The notes below the pieces were generated by a model, which saw only the letters and a program-made list of their open reading frames with translations, ran no database searches and was not told where the DNA came from. The position numbers and the translations under genes were made by a program. From Clostridia bacterium (GTDB lineage Bacteria; Bacillota; Clostridia; Oscillospirales; Butyricicoccaceae): a stretch of DNA of 64,000 nucleotides. The stretch lies in the NCBI GenBank assembly GCA_029099685.1, contig JAQXOO010000033.1:6623-70622 (forward strand). Direction: 5' to 3'. This document shows positions 1 to 7,513 of this stretch, in pieces (position 1 is the stretch's first letter; each line of letters begins with the position of its first letter).

Positions 1-126
1 CCCGGCGGAGCCGGCCAGATAGTTGAAATAAATGGGCATGATGGTGGAGATCAGCAGGGTAAAGGCGGAATTGCCCACATCATACAGCACCCAGTGCTTT
101 TCCTGTGTGGTCAGGCGAACATTCAT
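1..126 (-). CDS. MFS transporter, UMF1/Atg22-like family (first 42 codons only; continues past the window edge)
   Basis: My own reverse-strand translation from ATG at 126: MNVRLTTQEKHWVLYDVGNSAFTLLISTIMPIYFNYLAGSAG. YDVGNSAF followed by a hydrophobic TM1 is the usual N-terminus of this family. The ATG shares one base with the TGA of the upstream gene (TGATG). Confidence 0.5.
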   Translation of the reverse strand, partial: MNVRLTTQEKHWVLYDVGNSAFTLLISTIMPIYFNYLAGSAG

Positions 127-932
127 CAGCGGTCTTCCTTTCTGTCACAATGGCTTCCGTTAAAATTCCGGGAAAAGAGGGGCCCCAGCCCGCGCCCTTC
201 ACAGAGCGCCGCGGTATATTCTTCTGTCAGGCGCAGCGCCGTTTTCAGGCAGAAGGGATACTGCCGCACCAGCCGGTGCGTGGTCCGGACACAGCGGGGG
301 TCCGCCTGGTCCGAAAGCACCATGTCCGCCATCTGGCCAAAAGGCCGCAGCACCCTTCGGATCACCCGCCGGAACAGGGGAGAGGGGCTTTGCAGAAAGC
401 GCTGGTTGAGAACCATGCTTCTGACAGAGCGGCGGATCTGCCCCCCGGTCACGCCGGGATAAAAGGCCGCGATGACGGCCGCGTTTTCCCGGGAGGCCCG
501 GATGTGCCCGCACAGGGGGAACCGCAGGGGATCCTGGCCGTCCTCCGCCATCAGCGCCCGGTCCAGGTCGGCCTCCATGGCGCAGTGGGAAACCAAGCCC
601 TGCCGCTCCGTCCGTTCCACATAGGCGTGGCAGACCGTGTCCATGGCAAAATGACACAGGCAGCCGGCGGCATAGGCCAGGGCGGGTTGTCCGCCCCGGC
701 GGACGGCCTCCAGGGAGAGGCTAAAGAATTCACTGCCGGGCCGGGCGTGGATGGTATAGCCCATCCGGTTGATCCGGGTCTTTACCAGCGGACAGTGGTT
801 AAACAGGATATCCGGGCCGTGGAGTCCGATGTCATAAAGCTGCGGATAAGCGTCCGCCGCCGCCCGCAGCGGCCCGGACAGCAGCGGCAGCAGTTCCCGC
901 CCCAGCCGAAAATGCGCATAAGTGGATGGCAT
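126..932 (-). CDS. zinc-dependent phospholipase C-fold family protein (function uncertain)
   Basis: ORF 126..1013 trimmed to ATG 932 (MPSTYAHFRLG...), which follows an AGGAGGAAG RBS. His-rich motifs (YAHF, GLHGPD, CHFAMDTVCH) resemble bacterial PLC-fold proteins. Recalled from memory, not searched. Confidence 0.5.
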   Translation of the reverse strand: MPSTYAHFRLGRELLPLLSGPLRAAADAYPQLYDIGLHGPDILFNHCPLVKTRINRMGYTIHARPGSEFFSLSLEAVRRGGQPALAYAAGCLCHFAMDTVCHAYVERTERQGLVSHCAMEADLDRALMAEDGQDPLRFPLCGHIRASRENAAVIAAFYPGVTGGQIRRSVRSMVLNQRFLQSPSPLFRRVIRRVLRPFGQMADMVLSDQADPRCVRTTHRLVRQYPFCLKTALRLTEEYTAALCEGRGLGPLFSRNFNGSHCDRKEDR

Positions 933-1099
933 AGCTTCCTCCTGAATCAAACTGACCCTATCATAGCAGATACAGCCGTTTTTTGCCACCCTATTCAGAC
1001 AAATTTCGCACAAAAGTCCGTCAGGCGCACAGAGACCGCAGGGACCTGGAACCCAACAGCCGGTTATGCTTGACTAATCCTTTCGGCCCATGCTACAAT

Positions 1100-1230
1100 A
1101 CCGTCACTATGAGGGAGTAGTGGGCGCATTTGATGCGTAGTAAGTCAACATACTGGCCGCAGCGCCTGGCTTGCTTTGAATCACGAGACTCATGTATCAC
1201 CGTTCACGCGATACATGGAGTCTTTTTTTT
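1100..1230 (+). promoter_or_regulatory. yybP-ykoY Mn2+ riboswitch with its intrinsic terminator (expression platform)
   Basis: Conserved blocks GAGGGAGUAG (1111-1120), GUCAACAUAC (1144-1153) and CGAGAC (1184-1189), directly upstream of mntP. The 3' side of P1 (GACUCAU, 1187-1193) is also the 5' arm of a roughly 12-bp hairpin (1187-1198 / 1210-1222) followed by U8 (1223-1230). Confidence 0.8.
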
Positions 1231-1235
1231 GTTTG

Positions 1236-1268
1236 AAAACCCGGGTATCGTGTGATATCCGGGTTTTT
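1236..1268 (+). terminator. second strong terminator-like hairpin in the mntP leader
   Basis: AAAACCCGGGTATC (1236-1249), loop GTGT, GATATCCGGGTTTT (1254-1267). This is a 14-bp stem with one G-U pair, followed by a T-run, about 25 nt before the mntP ATG. Confidence 0.5.
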
Positions 1269-1292
1269 GTAAACAGTAAGGAGAAATGAAGC

Positions 1293-1874
1293 ATGAATCT
1301 GAGTTTTGCGTTTTTTTTCAACAGCATTTTGCTGGGCGTGGGACTGGCCATGGACGCCTTTTCCGTGTCGCTGGCAAACGGTCTGAACGAGCCCGGGATG
1401 TCCCGGCGCAAGATGTGCCTGGTGGCGGGCGTTTTTGCCGGCTTCCAGGCGCTGATGCCCATGGCGGGCTGGCTGTGCGTCACCCTGCTGGTGGAGCTGT
1501 TTTCCGCCTTTGAGCCCTTTATTCCCTGGATCGCCCTGATCCTTTTGTGTTTCATCGGCGGGAAAATGCTGCTGGAGGGCATCCGCGGCGGGGAAGCGGA
1601 GGAAAAGCCCGGCGTGGGCCTGGCCGCGCTGCTGGTGCAGGGGGTGGCCACCTCCATCGACGCCCTTTCCGTGGGCTTCACCATCGCCCACTACCGGGTG
1701 CTGGAGGCGCTGCTTTGCGCCCTGATCATCGCCGCGGTGACCTTTGTCATCTGCTTCGCAGGCCTGCAGATCGGCAAAAAGGCCGGCACCCGCCTGGCCG
1801 GAAAGGCCGGCACCCTGGGCGGCGCCATCCTGATCTTCATCGGCATCGAGATTTTTGTCAGCAGCCTGCTTTGA
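1293..1874 (+). CDS. mntP: manganese efflux pump MntP
   Basis: 193 aa, multi-TM. The N-terminus LGVGLAMDAFSVSLANG and the internal repeat TSIDALSVGF are typical of MntP/YebN. RBS AAGGAG at 1278. A Mn riboswitch lies upstream. Confidence 0.9.
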   Translation: MNLSFAFFFNSILLGVGLAMDAFSVSLANGLNEPGMSRRKMCLVAGVFAGFQALMPMAGWLCVTLLVELFSAFEPFIPWIALILLCFIGGKMLLEGIRGGEAEEKPGVGLAALLVQGVATSIDALSVGFTIAHYRVLEALLCALIIAAVTFVICFAGLQIGKKAGTRLAGKAGTLGGAILIFIGIEIFVSSLL

Positions 1875-1898
1875 GCGGGAAAACCCTACAGAATCCAT

Positions 1899-1938
1899 AA
1901 AGCGTCCCGGAAACAGCCGTTTCCGGGACGCTTTTTTT
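1899..1938. terminator. bidirectional intrinsic terminator between mntP (+) and lpd (-)
   Basis: AAAGCGTCCCGGAAAC / GTTTCCGGGACGCTTT perfect 16-bp stem with loop AGCC. An A-run lies on one side and T7 on the other. Confidence 0.85.
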
Positions 1939-1961
1939 ACGGGACAACAGGAAAAACGGGC

Positions 1962-3347
1962 TTACCGGGCCAGCTTGGCCGCCAGGTCTTCCAACGCTTC
2001 GGTCAGGGCCTCCTCAAAGGTGGGGTGGGGCCGCATGGCCAGCAGGAGCTGCTCCACGGTCATGTTGTTGGCGATGGCCTGGGCCAGCTCCGAGATCATG
2101 TCGGTGCAGTGTTCGCACATGAGCTGCGCGCCCAGAAGCCGGTGGGTCTCCGCGTGGGCCACCACCTTCATAAAGCTGCGGTCGCCCTCCATGATGACAG
2201 TCTTTGCATTGCCGAACAGGGTGCACTTGCCGGTTTTCGCGGGAATGCCGGCCGCTTTGGCCTCGGCGTCCGTGATGCCCACCACGGCGATCTCAGGACG
2301 GCTGTAGATACAGCTGGGTACCACGTCCTGACGAACATGATCGTCCAGCCCGCACAGCATTTCCACACAGGCGGTACCCTGGGCAGAAGCCACATGGGCA
2401 AGCTGCACTTTGGAGCTGACGTCGCCGATGGCGTACACACCGGGGATGGAGGTCTGGTAACGGTCGTCCACCTTGATGGACTTGCCGTCCATCTCAGGCT
2501 TGCAGCCGTCGGCAAACAGGCCCTCCAGATAGGGCTTCCGGCCGATGGCGCACAGCACCACTTCTCCGGTGGCCGCGCCGGGGACGTCTTTGGTGACAAA
2601 GTGGACGGTGGTGCCGTCTTCGCTTTCGGCCACGTTCTGCACCATGGAGTTCAGATGCAGCCGGACGCCTCGCTTTTTCAGGATCTGCGCCAGATTCTGG
2701 CCCAGCTCCCGGTCCATGGTGGGCAGCAGGCGGTCCATGCCCTCGATAATGGTGACGTCGCAGCCCAGGTCGTTGTAGAAGGTGGCGAACTCCACCCCGA
2801 TCACGCCGCCCCCGATGATGACAATGGACCGGTACAGGTGGTCGCTGCCCTCCAGAAGTTCGTCAGAGGTGAGCACGCCGGGAAGGTCCAGCCCGGGAAT
2901 CGGGGGTCTTGCGGGCACTGAGCCGGTGGCGGCAAGGATGTGGTCGCAGGTATATTCCCGGACGCCGTCTTCCCCGGCCACAGACACCTTTCCGGTGCCC
3001 AGAATGGTGCCGGTGCCCCGGAGCAGGTCCACCTTGGCCCCTTTGAACATCCCTTCGATGCCGGACGACAGCTGTTCAGACACCGCCCGCTTGTGGGCGA
3101 AGATGGCGTTCATGTCAATGTTCACGCTGCCGGCGGTGATGCCGGCGTGTCCGCCGGTGCGGATGTCGTGATAGATCTGGGAGGAGTGCAGCAGCGTCTT
3201 GGTGGGCACACAGCCACGGTTGAGGCAGGTGCCGCCGGCCTGGCGGTTCTCCACCACGGCTGTTTTCAGCCCCAGCTTGGCGGCGCGCAGGGCCGCCACA
3301 TAGCCGCCGGGACCGGCGCCGATGACGATCAGTTGATAGTCGTGCAT
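1962..3347 (-). CDS. lpdA: dihydrolipoyl dehydrogenase (E3 / glycine-cleavage L protein)
   Basis: ORF 1962..3455 trimmed to MHDYQLIVIGAGPGGY (ATG 3347). FAD site GAGPGG, redox-active disulfide GGTCLNRGCVPTK, NAD site IIGGGVIGVEF, and a C-terminal HAHPTxxE-like MRPHPTFEE. Confidence 0.9.
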   Translation of the reverse strand: MHDYQLIVIGAGPGGYVAALRAAKLGLKTAVVENRQAGGTCLNRGCVPTKTLLHSSQIYHDIRTGGHAGITAGSVNIDMNAIFAHKRAVSEQLSSGIEGMFKGAKVDLLRGTGTILGTGKVSVAGEDGVREYTCDHILAATGSVPARPPIPGLDLPGVLTSDELLEGSDHLYRSIVIIGGGVIGVEFATFYNDLGCDVTIIEGMDRLLPTMDRELGQNLAQILKKRGVRLHLNSMVQNVAESEDGTTVHFVTKDVPGAATGEVVLCAIGRKPYLEGLFADGCKPEMDGKSIKVDDRYQTSIPGVYAIGDVSSKVQLAHVASAQGTACVEMLCGLDDHVRQDVVPSCIYSRPEIAVVGITDAEAKAAGIPAKTGKCTLFGNAKTVIMEGDRSFMKVVAHAETHRLLGAQLMCEHCTDMISELAQAIANNMTVEQLLLAMRPHPTFEEALTEALEDLAAKLAR

Positions 3348-3351
3348 AAGG

Positions 3352-4338
3352 TCAGATCTCCTGTTCTGCCAGCATCCGGGACAGGTCCTCCCGGATGGCC
3401 GGCTGGATGGGCAGGGCGGCCAGAGCCTCCTGCATGGCGGTGCGGGAAAAGGCACAGCCCTCCAGCGCCTGCTTCAGCAGGGCGGAAAGCTCCCATTCCA
3501 TAGCGTCGGTATAAAGGGCGGCGCGGGCAATGCTGCCCTGCTCCACCTGCAGCTCCAGGCTGACGTTTCCCCAGGAAAAGCTGCCCTCGCAGGCAAAGGA
3601 GGCGGGAACATTCGCGCCGAAGCGCCAGTCCCTGCCGGCATAATGCTCCCGCAGGGCGGCGATGGCCGCCCGGTCCGCATCGGATAGCGTCAGTTCCCGG
3701 GCTTCCAGACCATAGACCTCTTGGGCGGCGCGCACCAGCTGGCGGCACATGGCGTCGCAGGTGAGGCCGGGCACAAAGGAGCACAGGTTCACCACTCTCG
3801 CCCGGACGGACTCCACGCCCTTGGCGGCCAGCTTGGCCTTGGAGGGGCTGAGATAGCGTCCCAGCTTGCTCATGTCCACCTGCATCAGCAGGGTGCCGTG
3901 GTGATAGGCCCGGTCGCCGCTTTTGTAAAAGGCATTACCGGAAAATTTCTGGCCCCGGGCGGTCAGGTCGTTGCGGCCTGAGATCTCCGCCGGGATGCCG
4001 AAAGACCGGCAGGCGCTGCAGATGACCTCCAGCTGCCGGCGGACGTCATAATCTGCCCGGGGGACCAGAAAGGTGAAGTTCAGATTGCCCAGGTCATGGA
4101 ACACCGCGCCGCCGCCGGACAGGCGGCGGGCCAGGTGGCCGCCTTCTTCCTCCAGAAGGGATACGCGGCATTCCTTAAAGGCGTTTTGGTTGCGGCCGAT
4201 GACCACTGTGTTCTGATTCTGCCAGAGATACAGGATGCAGCCGTCGGCTGCACCCTGCTCCAGCAGGTACTGTTCGGTGGCCAGGTTTTCATAGGGGTCG
4301 AAGCCGCCGCTGCGGTATACCTGAAGCTGCCGGATCAT
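3352..4338 (-). CDS. lplA: lipoate-protein ligase A
   Basis: RRLSGGGAVFHDLGNLNF and HHGTLL motifs. The preferred start is ATG 4338, which forms an ATGA overlap with the gcvPB stop. The alternative is ATG 4350. Confidence 0.85.
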   Translation of the reverse strand: MIRQLQVYRSGGFDPYENLATEQYLLEQGAADGCILYLWQNQNTVVIGRNQNAFKECRVSLLEEEGGHLARRLSGGGAVFHDLGNLNFTFLVPRADYDVRRQLEVICSACRSFGIPAEISGRNDLTARGQKFSGNAFYKSGDRAYHHGTLLMQVDMSKLGRYLSPSKAKLAAKGVESVRARVVNLCSFVPGLTCDAMCRQLVRAAQEVYGLEARELTLSDADRAAIAALREHYAGRDWRFGANVPASFACEGSFSWGNVSLELQVEQGSIARAALYTDAMEWELSALLKQALEGCAFSRTAMQEALAALPIQPAIREDLSRMLAEQEI

Positions 4339-5738
4339 ACGCGATTCCACCGGAGAACGGGATTGCGGGCGGCGCGGACCTCGTCGGGCCGGGCGATCTG
4401 GGCGTTGTGGGGGGCGTTGTGCATATACTCCGGATCCCGGTGGGCCAGGTCGTACAGCTCCCGGAAGATGGCGGCGGCCAGGTCCAGGGTGTCCATGCTC
4501 TCGGTCTCGGTGGGCTCCAGCATCAGCGCTTCGTGGACAATGAGGGGGAAGTACATCGTCGGGGGATGCATACCGTTGTCGATAAGGGTCTTGGCCACAT
4601 CCAGGGCGGAAACGCCGGTCTCCTTTTTGAAACCGGACAGGTCCAGGACGAACTCGTGCATACAGATGCGGTCAAAGGCCGGTTCAAAGGTTCCGCGGAT
4701 CTTATGCATCAGATAGTTGGCGTTGAGGACGGCGTTTTTGGCCGCCTCGGGGACGCCCTCGCAGCCCAGGGTCATGACATAGGTCAGCGCCCGGACCACC
4801 ACCAGGAAGTTGCCCGCGAAGGAGCGCACCTGGATGCTGTCGCCGCCGTCCATCAGCGCGGACTTGGGCAGGAACCGGGCCAAAAAGTCCTTGCAGCCCA
4901 CGGCGCCCGCGCCGGGACCGCCGCCGCCGTGCGGCGTGGCAAAGGTCTTGTGCAGGTTCATGTGGATGCAGTCGAAGCCCATGTCGCCGGGACGGACCAC
5001 GCCCATGACGGCATTGAGGTTGGCGCCGTCATAGTAGCACAGGCCGCCGGCCTCGTGGACCAGCCGGGTGATCTCCAGGATGTTTTCGTCGAAAATGCCC
5101 ACGGTGTTGGGGTTGGTGAGCATCAGGCCGGCGGTGTCGTCGCCCAGAACGGCCTTCAGGGCCTCCAGATCCACACAGCCGTTGGGGGCGGAGGCGATGT
5201 TGACCACCTCAAAGCCGCACATATTGGCGGTGGCGGGGTTGGTGCCGTGGGCGGAATCGGGGACGATGATCTTGGTGCGCTTGGCGTCGCCCCGGGCCTG
5301 GTGGTACTGCTTGATGAGCAGTACGCCGGTGAACTCGCCGTGGGCGCCGGCGGCAGGCTGGAAGGTCATGTCATCCATGCCGGAGATCTCGCACAGGTAC
5401 TGCCTGGCGGTGTCCAGAACCTGGCGGCAGCCCTCCGTGGTGCCGGCGGGGGCCAGGGGATGAATGCCGGTGAAGCCGGGCAACGCGGCCATTTCCTCGT
5501 CAATGCGGGGGTTGTACTTCATGGTGCAGGAGCCCAGGGGATAGAAGCCGCAGTTGACGCCGTGGACCCGCTTGCACAGTTCGGTATAGTGGCGGGAGAT
5601 GTCGGTCTCGGCCATTTCGGGCAGAGCGGGCGCGGTCTCCCGGGCCAGTCCCTCAGGCAGGGAGACTTCCTCCACATCGCAGGCGGGGAGGATGGAGCAG
5701 CCGCGGCCGGGAACGCTCTTTTCAAAGATCAGTTTCAT
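4335..5738 (-). CDS. gcvPB: glycine dehydrogenase (decarboxylating) subunit 2
   Basis: 467 aa with full-length P-protein beta features (MKLIFEKS..., NLHKTFATPHGGGGPG carrying the PLP lysine). ATGA overlap with gcvPA. Confidence 0.95.
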   Translation of the reverse strand: MKLIFEKSVPGRGCSILPACDVEEVSLPEGLARETAPALPEMAETDISRHYTELCKRVHGVNCGFYPLGSCTMKYNPRIDEEMAALPGFTGIHPLAPAGTTEGCRQVLDTARQYLCEISGMDDMTFQPAAGAHGEFTGVLLIKQYHQARGDAKRTKIIVPDSAHGTNPATANMCGFEVVNIASAPNGCVDLEALKAVLGDDTAGLMLTNPNTVGIFDENILEITRLVHEAGGLCYYDGANLNAVMGVVRPGDMGFDCIHMNLHKTFATPHGGGGPGAGAVGCKDFLARFLPKSALMDGGDSIQVRSFAGNFLVVVRALTYVMTLGCEGVPEAAKNAVLNANYLMHKIRGTFEPAFDRICMHEFVLDLSGFKKETGVSALDVAKTLIDNGMHPPTMYFPLIVHEALMLEPTETESMDTLDLAAAIFRELYDLAHRDPEYMHNAPHNAQIARPDEVRAARNPVLRWNRV

Positions 5739-7051
5739 GCTTCCAGCACCTCCTTGACGATGGCCACAGTCTTATCAAGCTGCGCTCTGGAGACTTTTTC
5801 GGTGGCGCACCACAGCACGCCGCCTTCGATGGGCAGACCGCCCAGAATGCCGTTTGCCTGCAGGGCGGACAGCACTTCCTCCGCTTTGGGCAAAACGGTG
5901 ACGAACTCGTGGAAATAAGGACCCTGATATTTCAGGGACACGCCGGGCAGGCTGCACAGCTTGCCGGCCAGGTAATGCGCCTTGCTCATGGACTGCCGGG
6001 CGGCTTCCGCCAGGCCTTTGGGGCCCATGACGGACAGGTACAGGCCGGCGGTCAGGGCGCACAGCGCCTCGTTGGAGCAGATGTTGGAGCTGGCCTTTTC
6101 CCGGCGGATATGCTGCTCACGGGCCTGCAGGGAGAGGACATAAGCCCTCTCGCCCTTGGCGTCCACGGTCTCACCCACGATACGGCCGGGCAGCTTGCGC
6201 ATCAGCTTGGAGGTAGAGGCCATGTAGCCCAGATAGGGGCCGCCGTAGCTCAGGGGCAGACCCAGAGGCTGGGCCTCACCCACGGCGATGTCGGCACCGC
6301 AGTCCCGGGGCGTTTTCATGATGCCCAGGGCGATGGGGTTGCAGCCCATGATATACAGGGCGCCGGCGGCGTGGACCGCCTGGCCCAGCCCTTCCCCGTC
6401 CTCAAACTGGCCGAAGAAGTTGGGCTGCTGAACGTAGAAGGAAGCCACATCGGGGGTGAGCATCTCCCGGAGGGCGTCGGGATCGGTCCTGCCGTCCTTG
6501 CAGGGCACTACCCGCAGCTCGTGGCCGGTACCGTAGCAATAGGTGCGGACGGTGGCAATGGTGTCGGGGTGGGCCGCGCCGGAGATCAGGGTGACGGTGC
6601 GCTTGCGGTCACGGCACATGGCGGCGGCCTCGGCGGCGGCGGTAGCGCCGTCATAGACAGAGGCGTTGGAAACGTCCATGCCGGTGAGCTCGCAGATCAT
6701 GGTCTGGTATTCAAAGATGGACTGCAGCACGCCCTGGCTCATTTCAGCCTGATAGGGGGTATAGGCGGTGAGGAATTCCTCTTTTGCGGGGATGTAGCTG
6801 ACGATGCTGGGGATAACGTGGTCATAAGCGCCGGCGCCCCGCAGAATAGTGGAAAAGCGGGTGTTATTTTCCGCCATGGCGGTGACCGCCCGGCGCACTT
6901 CCAGCTCGCTCATGCCGGCGGGAATGTTCAGAGGCCGGTCGAGATACATTTCTTCGGGCACATCTTTATAAAGGTCGCGGTAATCCTTCAGACCGACGGC
7001 CTCCAGCATCTGCTGCCGCTCCGCCGGTGTGGAGGGCACATAGCTTCCCAT
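5735..7051 (-). CDS. gcvPA: glycine dehydrogenase (decarboxylating) subunit 1
   Basis: 438 aa. YIPSTPAERQQMLE..., FLTAYTPYQAEMSQG and SLQAREQHIRREKA are typical of P-protein alpha. Confidence 0.95.
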   Translation of the reverse strand: MGSYVPSTPAERQQMLEAVGLKDYRDLYKDVPEEMYLDRPLNIPAGMSELEVRRAVTAMAENNTRFSTILRGAGAYDHVIPSIVSYIPAKEEFLTAYTPYQAEMSQGVLQSIFEYQTMICELTGMDVSNASVYDGATAAAEAAAMCRDRKRTVTLISGAAHPDTIATVRTYCYGTGHELRVVPCKDGRTDPDALREMLTPDVASFYVQQPNFFGQFEDGEGLGQAVHAAGALYIMGCNPIALGIMKTPRDCGADIAVGEAQPLGLPLSYGGPYLGYMASTSKLMRKLPGRIVGETVDAKGERAYVLSLQAREQHIRREKASSNICSNEALCALTAGLYLSVMGPKGLAEAARQSMSKAHYLAGKLCSLPGVSLKYQGPYFHEFVTVLPKAEEVLSALQANGILGGLPIEGGVLWCATEKVSRAQLDKTVAIVKEVLEA

Positions 7052-7054
7052 GGT

Positions 7055-7432
7055 TCAGCCCTCCTGCTGGCAGAAGGCCTCGTAGGCGGCGGCGTCCAGC
7101 AGCTCCTCGGTGGCGGTGACGCCCTCCACTTTGATGATCCAGGCGCCGTAGGGATCGGCGTTCAGCGTCTCAGGCGCGTCGGCCAGCGCCTCGTTGACGG
7201 CGGTGATGGTGCCGGAAACAGGGGAGACCAGGTCGGAAACAGCCTTGACGGATTCCACATCGCCAAAGGTCTCGCCGGCGACAGCTTCGTCGCCTTCGCC
7301 GGGCAGGTTGATGAACACCACGTCGCCCAGAGCGTCCTGAGCAAAGTCGGAGATGCCGATGAAGGCGGTATCGCCCTCGAAGCGGACCCATTCATGATCC
7401 TTGGAATACTTCAGTTCAGCGGGATAATTCAT
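7055..7432 (-). CDS. gcvH: glycine cleavage system H protein
   Basis: 125 aa. YSKDHEWV near the N-terminus and the lipoyl-lysine motif VESVKAVSD. Confidence 0.95.
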   Translation of the reverse strand: MNYPAELKYSKDHEWVRFEGDTAFIGISDFAQDALGDVVFINLPGEGDEAVAGETFGDVESVKAVSDLVSPVSGTITAVNEALADAPETLNADPYGAWIIKVEGVTATEELLDAAAYEAFCQQEG

Positions 7433-7513
7433 AATTGTTACCTCCTAAATATTGAAATGTGTGTTGATGAGCATGGCTTGCCTCGTCCCCCGAGGGGGGA
7501 CAAGGCATGGTTT

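Noticed and set aside
3348-3455. N-terminal extensions of track ORFs beyond the conserved start. Examples are lpd to 3455, the yitJ-like gene to 19313, the trmH-family gene to 49408, the SLH gene from 14701, radC from 25065, cdsA from 33052, spoIVB from 47199, gmk from 58717 and def from 62057.
   Set aside because: The extensions are Pro/Arg/Gly/Cys-rich junk, often overlap the upstream gene or a terminator, and lack an RBS. In each case an internal ATG follows a good Shine-Dalgarno sequence and matches the conserved family N-terminus.
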